A stretch of 64,000 nucleotides of DNA, from the NCBI GenBank assembly GCA_965216465.1, contig CBDCFW010000006.1, positions 1,024,001-1,088,000 on the forward strand, in the 5' to 3' direction. Of this stretch, positions 32,025 to 41,971 are shown one piece after another (position 1 is the stretch's first letter; each line of letters starts with the position of its first letter). The notes beneath the pieces are model-generated. The model was not told the origin of the DNA. It made no database searches and saw only the letters and a list, made by a program, of their open reading frames with translations. The position numbers were made by a program, and so were the translations under genes. This stretch comes from Bacteroidia bacterium (GTDB lineage Bacteria; Bacteroidota; Bacteroidia; NS11-12g; UBA9320).

Positions 32025-33401
32025 TTAGAGTTGATCAAGATAGTCATCTAAATCATCCTGATTTGCAATATTTACACCCGTGGTTTTAAGCTTAAATGAG
32101 TACTCGTCTGTTGGACGTAAATTCATGCTCGTGATTTCTTCAAATCGTGCATTTGTGAATTCGTAAACATTGCCATCTTCGTCGAATGTGATTAACGTGT
32201 TGTTTTCATCCGGTGAATAGATAAAGTTCGATGCTGACAATCCGGATACCGGAACAGCTTCCCTATTGAGACCTTTTTTAATAATAAGAAATGCGTTGTC
32301 AATTGTTTTCTTCAATGCAGGCAGAAGAAATACGGCTGAGAATCTAACTTTCTTTTGTTCTTTCATTCGACTAAATCTGTCGCAGTTAAATATACCAAAG
32401 TTGCTAATGCTAAGATTCCTTTGAAATTTAGCCATACGCAACATTTCATTTTCTCTTTTCTTTCTTCGTTCAATTTTAGCTTGATACTCACCAAACTTAG
32501 CATTGAATTTAGCTTGTGCTTTCCTCCAATTAGAGCCAAACAATACAGGTTGTACACGGGCATTAACATTTTTAGCTTTAGACATACCCGTTAGCAAATA
32601 AGTTGATTTTGCTCTATCAACACATTCAAGCTTAGGGTTGCTAATTGTGTTTTTGAAGAGCTCTTTATTCACACTTTTTTCATCTTCAAGCTTCCAAAGC
32701 ACATTATCGAAAGTCGAGAACTCTGGGTTTAGCTTTGAGTCAACAGCTAAGTCAAATACAAAGTCCGTGCTATTTGCTTTTTGAATTTGAACCGGTGGGG
32801 TTGGTTCTGGCCCCAGTTCTAATTCAACACTACTTCGGGCCTGATTATTAACTGCTTGTGTGTTTTTTGACAATTCTGTCCAAGTACCTTTTTCCTCATC
32901 AAGTGCGTAAAAATTGAAATCATTGTCTTCTTTAAACGAAGCGAGTTCTATAGCCAAGGTCTTGTCGGCAGCAACTCTAATCTCATTACCTCCTTCATCT
33001 TGTCCCTTTATTTCGAACATGCCTGCAGTTTCAAAAGCTTCTAACTCTCCATTTTCAGACACAATGTGCATCGGAATTCCGCTAAGAATTACATCTGAAG
33101 CACTGTGGTATTCTTGAAAAGAAATCTTTACCTCACCTTCAACAGGATTACCATCCTCATCAACAAATGCATCTTTTGGGATAGTTATTGTCGAACCAAG
33201 CTCTGTGGTTAAAACATGCTCTTCTTGGACATTTATTGTGAAGGTTGTTGGTCCTGGCTTAATGTCAGGAAGTGGATCTACAAACTCTTGGGTGAAACTC
33301 TCTGTATCGATATGATAGCCAGATGCTGAATCGCTATCGTTTGCAGTCGAACAAGAAAAAATAAGGATGCTAATTAGTAATAAGGAAAGGAAATTTTTCA
33401 T
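32025..33401 (-). CDS. Hypothetical lipoprotein
   Basis: Lipobox IFSC followed by an acidic stretch; ETAGMFEI and GIFNCDR motifs seen in uncharacterised Bacteroidota proteins. Confidence 0.75.
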   Translation of the reverse strand: MKNFLSLLLISILIFSCSTANDSDSASGYHIDTESFTQEFVDPLPDIKPGPTTFTINVQEEHVLTTELGSTITIPKDAFVDEDGNPVEGEVKISFQEYHSASDVILSGIPMHIVSENGELEAFETAGMFEIKGQDEGGNEIRVAADKTLAIELASFKEDNDFNFYALDEEKGTWTELSKNTQAVNNQARSSVELELGPEPTPPVQIQKANSTDFVFDLAVDSKLNPEFSTFDNVLWKLEDEKSVNKELFKNTISNPKLECVDRAKSTYLLTGMSKAKNVNARVQPVLFGSNWRKAQAKFNAKFGEYQAKIERRKKRENEMLRMAKFQRNLSISNFGIFNCDRFSRMKEQKKVRFSAVFLLPALKKTIDNAFLIIKKGLNREAVPVSGLSASNFIYSPDENNTLITFDEDGNVYEFTNARFEEITSMNLRPTDEYSFKLKTTGVNIANQDDLDDYLDQL

Positions 33402-33519
33402 AACGTCTCAATAATCAATGTTGAATATTTTGAACGCAGAATATCTGCTTTTTATTGCAAACTTCCTAAAAGTGTCGACAAGAGATGTGTAATATCAGAG
33501 CATCTATTGAGTTCAATAT

Positions 33520-34104
33520 TTAGGGTTGGAATCCATAGCTCAGCCCAAGGCAGAAAGTATATGGACTTCCAAGATTTAACTCAGAGTAAACGCCAAGTCT
33601 TTCGTTTAGTTTATGTGATGCTCCAATGAGCAGCAATGAAACATTTGGACGAATTAAGAAGTCATTATTCTCCTCGTAACCTTGTGCAGATTTGTTAGGA
33701 ATTCTTCCACGTTTAAAAATATAACTGTAGCCCAATCCTAAACCAGAATATAAGGTGTATTTCTTAGCTTGAATGTATTCATATCTTCCCTTAAACCCCA
33801 AATAGGTTCTATAGTAGTTACCATACTCCACCTGTAAGTCATTATTTAAAATCTCAAATGGAATTTGGTGAATTGATATTTGAGCAGCAAATTCAAAACG
33901 ATCTAATATTTGATGGGCGACTTCCCCACTAAACACTAGTTTGTTGGTTTGCTTTGAAAATACAAAAGCACTATCTACGGTCTCAACAATGTCAGACTCA
34001 GGACTAAGTCCTAAAGCCAAACGGTATTCAAGAGGTTTTGCATTTTGACCATAGCAGAAGCTAATTAGGCATAATACAATTGCACATGCCAATCCACTTC
34101 TCAT
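33520..34104 (-). CDS. Hypothetical outer-membrane beta-barrel protein
   Basis: Signal peptide, alternating amphipathic strands (LYSGLGLGY) and a C-terminal GLSYGF strand. Confidence 0.65.
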   Translation of the reverse strand: MRSGLACAIVLCLISFCYGQNAKPLEYRLALGLSPESDIVETVDSAFVFSKQTNKLVFSGEVAHQILDRFEFAAQISIHQIPFEILNNDLQVEYGNYYRTYLGFKGRYEYIQAKKYTLYSGLGLGYSYIFKRGRIPNKSAQGYEENNDFLIRPNVSLLLIGASHKLNERLGVYSELNLGSPYTFCLGLSYGFQP

Positions 34105-35498
34105 TACGAGTGAATTGCTCGATTGTCAGTAGCTGCTAAAGCCGCTTCTTTGGTAACTTCTGAAGTGGTAGGGTGTGCATGACAGGTACGTGCTATATCT
34201 TCTGCACTAGCTCTAAATTCCATGGCAACCGCAATTTCTGCTATCATGTCTGCTGCTCTAGCTCCAATCATATGAGCTCCTAAAACTTCGTCAGTTTCTT
34301 TGTCTGCTAAGATCTTAACAAATCCGTCTAAGTCCATTCCTGCAACAGCTCTTCCATTTGCTCTAAATGGAAATTGTCCGGCTTTATAGGCAATGCCTTC
34401 TTCTTTAAGCTGCTCTTCTGTTTTTCCAACCGAAGCAACTTCTGGCCAAGTGTAAACAACACCTGGAATTAAGTTGTAGTTAATGTGTGGTTTTTGACCA
34501 GCCAAAATTTCAGCAACCATAACACCTTCTTCTTCGGCTTTGTGCGCCAGCATCGCACCTTTTACTACATCACCAATTGCGTAAATATTTGGAACGTTTG
34601 TTTGTAAATGGTCATTCACCTCAACTCGTCCTCTATCGTCTAATTTTACACCTGCTTTATCTGCATTAAGGCCATCAGTATAAGGTCTTCTTCCTACTGA
34701 TACTAAGCAATAGTCTCCTTCAAGAACAACTTCACCTTTCTTCCCTTCAGCTTTAACGGTAACTACTTTTCCTTTGCTCGAAACTGAGGTTACTTTATGA
34801 CCGGTGTAGAATTTCATTTTTTCTTTCTTCATCACGCGAGTAAGTTCTTTACCTAGTGATGCATCCATGGTAGGGATAATACTTGGAGCATATTCTACTA
34901 CAGATACCTCAGCACCTAGTCGTTTGTAAACTGAACCTAGTTCAAGTCCGATTACACCACCTCCAATTACAATAAGATGCTTTGGAATTTCTTTAAGACT
35001 TAGTGCTTCAGTTGATGAAATAACACGTTTCTTGTCTATTTCCATTCCAGGAAGAGATGCTGGCTTACTTCCTGTTGCAATTACTGTATGCTTCGCTGAA
35101 ATAGTTTCTTTTTTCTCTCCATCGATTTGAATAGTATTCGCATCTACAAAAGAACCCATGCCGGTATAAACATCAATTTTGTTCTTTTTCATTAAGAAAT
35201 CGATGCCTTTGGTCATCTGGTCAACCACTCCTTGCTTTCTCGAAATCATTTGCTTGAAATCTACAGATGGAGTGCCAATTTTGATACCGTGGGCTTCAAA
35301 CTTATGAAGTGCGTCGTGATATTGATGAGAGCTGTCGAGGAGTGCCTTACTTGGAATACAACCAACATTTAAGCAGGTACCACCCAAAGTATAATACTTT
35401 TCAATAATAGCCGTTTTCATTCCTAATTGTGCACATCGAATGGCACATACATAGCCACCAGGTCCAGAGCCGATAACGGCAACATCGTAATTATTCAT
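34104..35498 (-). CDS. lpdA: Dihydrolipoamide dehydrogenase
   Basis: GSGPGGY, GGTCLNVGCIPSK redox disulfide and HAHPTTSE. Confidence 0.97.
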   Translation of the reverse strand: MNNYDVAVIGSGPGGYVCAIRCAQLGMKTAIIEKYYTLGGTCLNVGCIPSKALLDSSHQYHDALHKFEAHGIKIGTPSVDFKQMISRKQGVVDQMTKGIDFLMKKNKIDVYTGMGSFVDANTIQIDGEKKETISAKHTVIATGSKPASLPGMEIDKKRVISSTEALSLKEIPKHLIVIGGGVIGLELGSVYKRLGAEVSVVEYAPSIIPTMDASLGKELTRVMKKEKMKFYTGHKVTSVSSKGKVVTVKAEGKKGEVVLEGDYCLVSVGRRPYTDGLNADKAGVKLDDRGRVEVNDHLQTNVPNIYAIGDVVKGAMLAHKAEEEGVMVAEILAGQKPHINYNLIPGVVYTWPEVASVGKTEEQLKEEGIAYKAGQFPFRANGRAVAGMDLDGFVKILADKETDEVLGAHMIGARAADMIAEIAVAMEFRASAEDIARTCHAHPTTSEVTKEAALAATDNRAIHS

Positions 35499-35501
35499 GG
35501 A

Positions 35502-35975
35502 TTAAAATATTTCTTCTTGTTGTTCAACTTTAATTCCTGCAGAAACAATGAACGGCAGGTTTTCAAGGCGCATATACTGTTCAAGTTCAACGGTATACTT
35601 TCCTTTTTGTTTGAGTTCTTGTCGTTTTAATATTGGAACCTGAAATGTGATAACATCTCCAATTCCTGATCCTAACCACTTCCCAGATTTTTCTGCCAAT
35701 TTCACCGACACAACTTCTTCAGAAACAGTGCTGTCTGGAGCGGTAATCTTTAGCTTAACGTGCAGGTTCGCATACGGGTAATCACCATCAATTCGTGCGT
35801 TTAAATAATACTGGTGATAGTGGTCTGGTTGTTTAACCGAAAAAGAATCTACAATCACATTCTCGTATTGCCATCCATTTTCAGGAATATCATGAAAAGT
35901 GTCGACCAAAACATTTTCATTGCAAGAGGTAAGCAAAAGCAAGCTGAGTGCAGCTATGAAAAGATTCTTCTTCAA
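35502..35975 (-). CDS. gldH: Gliding motility lipoprotein GldH
   Basis: Lipobox LTSC, YPYANL, GKWLGSG.GD and EQYMR. TTG 35975 is preferred as start because TACCTTTG (-7 element) lies at 35993-35986. Confidence 0.88.
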   Translation of the reverse strand: MKKNLFIAALSLLLLTSCNENVLVDTFHDIPENGWQYENVIVDSFSVKQPDHYHQYYLNARIDGDYPYANLHVKLKITAPDSTVSEEVVSVKLAEKSGKWLGSGIGDVITFQVPILKRQELKQKGKYTVELEQYMRLENLPFIVSAGIKVEQQEEIF

Positions 35976-36114
35976 AATAAAGAGGCAAAGGTAAAAAAAT
36001 ATACAGCCCCGAAAACAACAAAATAACAATCATTTAAAAATTGATTATGACCGTTCTTTAAAACAATTCACAATTTCGCATTTACCTTTTTAACTTAAAC
36101 GGAATTAACAGATT

Positions 36115-38109
36115 ATGACACACAAATTTTTGACCACCTTACTGGCTTTGAGCTTAATTCTATCTGCTCAAGCTAAAGAAAAACCAATTTCTTCAGATGT
36201 AGACCGGGTTACCGTATTTTTAAACGGTGCTCAAGTAACACGACAGTTTAATACGTCTCTTAAAAAAGGAACGCAAATACTGAAAATTACAGATTTGTCA
36301 CCTTTCTTAGATGTTAAAACCATCCAAATTAAAGGAGATGGAGAGTTTACTATCGTTTCACTCCGACACCAAATGAACTATGTTGACGAGAAAGGCTTAG
36401 AAGGAGATTTAAAGATTATCGAAGACAGCGTGAATTTCTATCAACGCCAATTTAATGAGGTTAACATTGAACTTACCGCTCTCAGCCATAGCGAACAATT
36501 TTTAAATATGAACAGAGGCATTAAAGGAACGGCCAGTTTAGATCGTGAAACCTTGCAAGGTGTTCATGAGTATTATTACTCGGAGATATTAAAAATCAAC
36601 AAAAAACGAAACAAGCTGAACTATCTAAGGGCAGACATCAGTTCAGCGATATCTAGGTTTACAAGGCAGCTTACCGAGATCAATGGCAAGCTAACCAAAT
36701 ACAATAGCGAGGTATTGCTAGAAATTCAATCGAACAAAACGGTTTCGGGTGATTTTGAATTGAGTTACCTGGTTAATCATGCGTCTTGGTACCCAAGCTA
36801 CGACATTCGTGTTGCAGATATTAACAGCCCATTAAAATTAGTTTACAAAGCCAATGTGCAACAAAATACAGGAGAAGATTGGGAGAACGTTCAGCTCACT
36901 TTTAGCAACGCAAATCCATATAAGAGTGGTGATTTGCCAATTTTAAGACCATATTACCTGAACTATGTCAGTGCGGGTTATAATCCTAATCCTTACAAGG
37001 CATCCGTGTCGCAAAACTCGTACAACTTAAATAACTATCTAAGTACCAACGGGTCGCAAGCTAGTGGCAGAGTAATTGACCAGAATGGACAACCGGTCGC
37101 ATATGCTCAGGTTAGAGTAAGTGGAACAGCGGTTGGAACATTTACTGACGAGAATGGTAATTTTTCAATCACGCTTCCGCAAGGTAAAAACCAACTCTAC
37201 TTTACAAGTGTGGGTTATACCGATCGCTATCAAAATGTAAGTGCAAGCTCAGGCAATACCATCTCTATGGTGAATACCAATACTCGCCTAGATAAGGTTG
37301 TGGTTGAACAAGATTCAAACGCAGATGGTGTTTATGAAACGTACGACGTTGAGAATCTTGAAGTCAATACCGTAGGTTCAGTAGCAATGAGAAGAAGTAA
37401 CCTTATTGCAGCTACAACATATAGCAAGGTTCGGTTTAAAAAAGGAGAACGTCGTAAATATGAATCAAAGCCTATCACCGTTCAGCCGTTAGAGAATCAA
37501 ACTACTATTGAGATAACTTTAGATATTCCGTTCAGTATAAAAAGCTCAGGCAAGCAAAAAATTGTGACCATGAACTCTGTGGAGATTCCTGCATATTATG
37601 AATACCGAAGTGTTCCTAAACTAGAGAAAGCAGCATTCCTTATTGCAAGAATTGCTGACTGGGGAGAGTACAATTTATTAGAAGGTGAAGCCAATTTGTA
37701 TTTTGAAGATACCTACATTGGGAAATCAATTTTAGATGTGCGTCATCTTACTGATACTTTAAATATTTCACTTGGTAGAGATAAAAGCATAATTGTGGGT
37801 CGTCAGAAAGTGAAAGCTCAAAGTACACGTGAGTTTATAGGCAAAGAGAAAATTGAGAAACGCCAATTTGAAATTAAGATTAGAAACAACAAAAAACAAG
37901 ACATCAATATTATTGTGTACGATCAAGTACCATTATCAAGTCGTCCGAAAGACATCGAAGTCTTGCTTAAAGATAAGAGTGGAGCAATTCATAGCGAGAA
38001 AACAGGTGAATTGAAATGGGAGATGAAAATAAAACCTTCGGAGACCAAGCAAGTAAGCTTAAAGTACCAGGTCAAGTTTCCTAAAAATCAGATGGTCAAC
38101 ATCGAATAA
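36115..38109 (+). CDS. DUF4140/DUF4139 (MuiA-like) exported protein with inserted carboxypeptidase-regulatory-like domain
   Basis: VTVFLNGAQVTR, SW.PSYDIR, QNTGEDW and LG.D..I; internal GRVIDQNGQP...FTSVGY domain. Confidence 0.85.
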   Translation: MTHKFLTTLLALSLILSAQAKEKPISSDVDRVTVFLNGAQVTRQFNTSLKKGTQILKITDLSPFLDVKTIQIKGDGEFTIVSLRHQMNYVDEKGLEGDLKIIEDSVNFYQRQFNEVNIELTALSHSEQFLNMNRGIKGTASLDRETLQGVHEYYYSEILKINKKRNKLNYLRADISSAISRFTRQLTEINGKLTKYNSEVLLEIQSNKTVSGDFELSYLVNHASWYPSYDIRVADINSPLKLVYKANVQQNTGEDWENVQLTFSNANPYKSGDLPILRPYYLNYVSAGYNPNPYKASVSQNSYNLNNYLSTNGSQASGRVIDQNGQPVAYAQVRVSGTAVGTFTDENGNFSITLPQGKNQLYFTSVGYTDRYQNVSASSGNTISMVNTNTRLDKVVVEQDSNADGVYETYDVENLEVNTVGSVAMRRSNLIAATTYSKVRFKKGERRKYESKPITVQPLENQTTIEITLDIPFSIKSSGKQKIVTMNSVEIPAYYEYRSVPKLEKAAFLIARIADWGEYNLLEGEANLYFEDTYIGKSILDVRHLTDTLNISLGRDKSIIVGRQKVKAQSTREFIGKEKIEKRQFEIKIRNNKKQDINIIVYDQVPLSSRPKDIEVLLKDKSGAIHSEKTGELKWEMKIKPSETKQVSLKYQVKFPKNQMVNIE

Positions 38110-38112
38110 AAC

Positions 38113-38145
38113 AAAAAAGGGATGAGTTCAACTCATCCCTTTTTT
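38113..38145. terminator. Bidirectional intrinsic terminator
   Basis: aaaaaa gggatgagtt c aactcatccc tttttt between convergent genes. Confidence 0.88.
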
Positions 38146-38165
38146 ACTTATAGATTTTTTAAAAT

Positions 38166-39374
38166 TTAGTCTTGAACTTTTTTCTTCAAGCCTTTTGGTA
38201 ATCCATCTACATGAACCATAAAGTTAATGGTCTTGTAAGCTACATATGGCATTGAAGCATAAAAGTATCCATCGCAATCGTTGTAAGCTGTTCCCCAACT
38301 GTTTTTAACGATGAAGTACTCATTTCCGTTCTGGTCTTTAACAATACCTGTTAAATGCATACCGTGATCGTCGGTGGTTTTATAGTTGTCGAAGGCTTCT
38401 TGACGCATTTCTTGCGTAATGATTTTTTCAGGACCAGGAGTATCGAACTGACTTCCTTCTTTCTTAGCTCCTGCATCGTTGAAATGTTTGTTGTCTTTAC
38501 CTTTAGACTTCAGTGCTGATTCATCTTCTGGAACAATTGCAAGTCCATCTCTAAAGCTAAATCCTTTTTCGCTAACATCTGCAGCCCATCCTACAGAGTA
38601 ACCATTGGTAACTGCATATTTCATGGCATTGAGCATTTCATTCATCGGTACGTTGTATACTTCTTCCCAGATCCAGTTGTCTGGAACTTCCAAAACAAAC
38701 TCATCATTGAAATCGTGGTGAGTAAAAGAGCTGATAATTACATAATCATCCATGTTTAATCCCAATTCATCAGCGAAGCTTCGAGGAGTATAAGTTTTAC
38801 CATTGTAATCAAATTGTGCTGGTACAGGTCCTAGATATGCATCAAGAACAGCATTGTAAGCTTTCTTCCAGCTGGTAGTAAGTTTACCTTGTTTGTTAGC
38901 GATAACGGCGTCAAGAATACCTTTAAGTATTGCTTCCATTTCACTGTGGTTGTGATTCTCTAAACCGTATTCTAAACCTTTGTACGCTTCTTGCGGCATA
39001 AGGCCATACTTTTCAATTACGTAAGGAATATCATGAAAGGCACCACCTTGACCAAAGTTTGCAGTACCGTGCATTCGAACGTAGTTCTCAGCTTTGTCTT
39101 CATAGGCTTTACGAACAATATACATTTCACTTAGTTTGTGTTCTCCCTTACCCATGCGCATAAGTTCAGACTCCATAAAACTTAACGCTGAAAAACTCCA
39201 GCAGGTTCCGGTTCTACTTTGATTTTGAACTTCGTTGGCTTCAATATCCGATTGAACAGTGAAAATGTAGTTGCCATCTTTCTTATTTCTAAGTGTATCT
39301 TGAGCCTTTAAGCTATACTGAAATACAAATAAACTTAACACCAAAAGTGTTGCGACGAATGAATATTTTCTCAT
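38166..39374 (-). CDS. Aminopeptidase C (C1 family cysteine peptidase, exported)
   Basis: QSRTGTCWSFS (Gln/Cys), TTDDHGMH (His) and VKNSWG (Asn); signal peptide ending A-Q. Confidence 0.9.
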   Translation of the reverse strand: MRKYSFVATLLVLSLFVFQYSLKAQDTLRNKKDGNYIFTVQSDIEANEVQNQSRTGTCWSFSALSFMESELMRMGKGEHKLSEMYIVRKAYEDKAENYVRMHGTANFGQGGAFHDIPYVIEKYGLMPQEAYKGLEYGLENHNHSEMEAILKGILDAVIANKQGKLTTSWKKAYNAVLDAYLGPVPAQFDYNGKTYTPRSFADELGLNMDDYVIISSFTHHDFNDEFVLEVPDNWIWEEVYNVPMNEMLNAMKYAVTNGYSVGWAADVSEKGFSFRDGLAIVPEDESALKSKGKDNKHFNDAGAKKEGSQFDTPGPEKIITQEMRQEAFDNYKTTDDHGMHLTGIVKDQNGNEYFIVKNSWGTAYNDCDGYFYASMPYVAYKTINFMVHVDGLPKGLKKKVQD

Positions 39375-39460
39375 ATTGGCGGCCAAATTATAAAAAGCTA
39401 CATAAAAATGAATCGTAAATCGATTAAAAACTTAATATCTAGTATAAGTTTGCTTTGTTG

Positions 39461-41374
39461 ATGAGGTTTTTGGTAATCTTTTTATGTGTTTTAGTGGCTT
39501 TTGTTAGCAGCGCTCAAGATTATGAGGCACTAATTAAAGGCGAACGAGAAGCTTTTCAAGCTAAACAAAGCACAAAGCAAAAAAGGAGTGGAGGCAAGTA
39601 CGATATTACTTATCATAAGATTAAGCTAAGTATAGATCCAGCTGTTAGAGATATACAAGGAAGTGTATATTCTGAACTCACAGCATTGGAATCTAACTTT
39701 TCATCTTTTGCTTTTGATTTAGACGTACGTATGAAGGTCGACAGTGTAATTTACAACGGCTCACATGCAAACTTCGGGCACCAAAATGATGAGGTGTTTA
39801 TCACAATACCCAGTGTAAATTTTGGTGAACAACTCGCGGTTGAAGTGTTTTATCATGGCGACCCAAGTGTAAATGAACAAAAAGGTTTTAGTTACGATTC
39901 GCAAAAAGATGGTCCGATTGCCTGGACCTTGTCTGAGCCTTATGGAGCTTACGGATGGTGGCCATGCAAGCAACAGTTAGAAGACAAAATAGATTCAATT
40001 GATTTTGAGATTACTATTCCGAATGGGAATAAAGCAGCTTGTCTTGGGTTGCTTGAAAAAGTTGATACACTGCCAAGCAATCAACTTACTTATTATTGGA
40101 AACACCGCTATCCGGTTGTTACTTATTTAGTGGCTGTAGCAGTGACTAACTATTATGAAGAGAGCCGTTATATTCACTTTAGCAATGGAGATTCATTGTA
40201 TCACTTAGATTATTTGTACCCTGCATACAAGTCTGCAGCAGATACTCTAATTCCAAATATTGATGGAATGATGGTGCTTTTTGATAGTCTTTTTGGGCCT
40301 TACCCTTTTATGAATGAGAAGTACGGCCACGCACAATTTGGTAGAGGTGGAGGAATGGAACATCAAACCATGAGTTTTATGAGTGATCTTGACTTTGATC
40401 TAATGGCTCATGAGTTGGCTCATCAATGGTATGGAAATAAAATTACATGTGGCTCCTGGCAAGACCTTTGGTTAAATGAAGGATTTGCAACCTATTCAAA
40501 CGCAATTGCTCGCGAATATTTGCTATCAAAAGAAGAGCATTTAGAATTCTTACGGGTAAGTCGAGATAAAACCATAAGCCAGGTTGATGGTGCTGTATAT
40601 ACCTTAGATACGGTGGATGTTCGCAATCTGTTCAGTGGAAATATTCGCTATCGTAAAGGAGCAATGGTACTCCATATGTTGCGCTGGGAGTTAGGAGATG
40701 AGGCCTTTTTTAATGGACTGAGAGCATATACTGCAGGTACAGATGTGTGCTATGACTTTGCAACTACTGAAGTGTTCAAAGGATATATGGAAGATGAAAG
40801 TGGAACAGATTTAACCGACTTTTTTGATCGCTGGGTCTATAATCAAGGATTTCCAGAGTTGATTACACGTTGGAATAGGGTAGGAGATGGTAAAATTTAT
40901 CTAGACCTAACACAGACCACATCCCATGAGTCAGTTGATTTCTTTCCATTGAGAATTCAATATTTAGCACGTGGAGAAAACCAAGACTCTTTATTTATAA
41001 TTGACCATACAGAGGCTCGACAGGGCATTGTTGTAGACCTCGGTTTTGACGTACAGGACTTAGTTTTTGATCCCAATATTTGGCTAATTGCACAAAGTGT
41101 TGTGGTTGAAGGAAGCCACATTGATGTAGAAGACGTAAGCTTGTTTCCAAATCCCGCAAGTGAGTCAATCTCATTCTTTATTAAAGACCGTAAAGTTGAT
41201 CAAATAAGTGTGACAGATGTTTTAGGAAGGTTGGTTTTTGAGCAAGAAGTTCTAAGTCTTAAAAATGCAGCAGTGCCGATTGACTTAAAAGGGCTGGAAG
41301 ACGGAACTTACTTTTTAAAGGCGAAAATTGATGACCAAGTGGTGATCATCAAGTTTGTAAAAACAGCAAACTAA
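39461..41374 (+). CDS. M1 family aminopeptidase with T9SS type A sorting domain
   Basis: GGMEH, HELAHQW...WLNEGFA and YRKGA; C-terminal LFPNPA...GTYFL...KFVK. TAAGTTTG promoter element at 39445-39452. Confidence 0.92.
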   Translation: MRFLVIFLCVLVAFVSSAQDYEALIKGEREAFQAKQSTKQKRSGGKYDITYHKIKLSIDPAVRDIQGSVYSELTALESNFSSFAFDLDVRMKVDSVIYNGSHANFGHQNDEVFITIPSVNFGEQLAVEVFYHGDPSVNEQKGFSYDSQKDGPIAWTLSEPYGAYGWWPCKQQLEDKIDSIDFEITIPNGNKAACLGLLEKVDTLPSNQLTYYWKHRYPVVTYLVAVAVTNYYEESRYIHFSNGDSLYHLDYLYPAYKSAADTLIPNIDGMMVLFDSLFGPYPFMNEKYGHAQFGRGGGMEHQTMSFMSDLDFDLMAHELAHQWYGNKITCGSWQDLWLNEGFATYSNAIAREYLLSKEEHLEFLRVSRDKTISQVDGAVYTLDTVDVRNLFSGNIRYRKGAMVLHMLRWELGDEAFFNGLRAYTAGTDVCYDFATTEVFKGYMEDESGTDLTDFFDRWVYNQGFPELITRWNRVGDGKIYLDLTQTTSHESVDFFPLRIQYLARGENQDSLFIIDHTEARQGIVVDLGFDVQDLVFDPNIWLIAQSVVVEGSHIDVEDVSLFPNPASESISFFIKDRKVDQISVTDVLGRLVFEQEVLSLKNAAVPIDLKGLEDGTYFLKAKIDDQVVIIKFVKTAN

Positions 41375-41377
41375 AAA

Positions 41378-41941
41378 CTAGCTTTCAATTGCATTGATTA
41401 GCTTCGAGTCGAACGGCTTTACTTTTGAAGGAAAGTAGCTAATCAATTGGCCATCTTCATCGATTAAAAACTTATTGAAATTCCAAGCTACCTCGTAATC
41501 ACCCAGTCCATTCTGAGTTTTTGATGTTAGCCAGGAGTAGATAGCATGTTGGTTTTCTCCTTTAACATCTATTTTTTGAGAAATTGGAAAGGTAACTCCA
41601 TAGTTCTTTTGGCAGAATGTTGCGATTTCTTCTTTGCTTCCTGGCTCTTGTCCTCCAAACTGGTTGCAAGGAAACCCGATGATGACTAGGCTTTCTTTGT
41701 ACTGCTCATAAAGCTTTTGTAGGTCTCCATACTGCACAGTGAATCCGCATTCTGAGGCAACATTAACCACGAGTATTTTTTTACCTTGGAAATCGGCCAT
41801 ATTTATGGTTGCTTCTTCATCGAGTTGAAGAATATTAAATTTATGAAATGAATTTTGGTCCATATTTTTCTCTTCAGTTGTGCCGCAAGCAATTATACTT
41901 GCTGTAGCGAGTAGCGTGATTGCTGCAATAATTGTTCGCAT
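41378..41941 (-). CDS. Glutathione peroxidase family lipoprotein
   Basis: VNVASECGFT, GFPCNQFGGQEPG and WNFNKFLID; lipobox IACG. Confidence 0.93.
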   Translation of the reverse strand: MRTIIAAITLLATASIIACGTTEEKNMDQNSFHKFNILQLDEEATINMADFQGKKILVVNVASECGFTVQYGDLQKLYEQYKESLVIIGFPCNQFGGQEPGSKEEIATFCQKNYGVTFPISQKIDVKGENQHAIYSWLTSKTQNGLGDYEVAWNFNKFLIDEDGQLISYFPSKVKPFDSKLINAIES

Positions 41942-41971
41942 ACGATTTTAACAAACTTGGAGAAGAATGGT

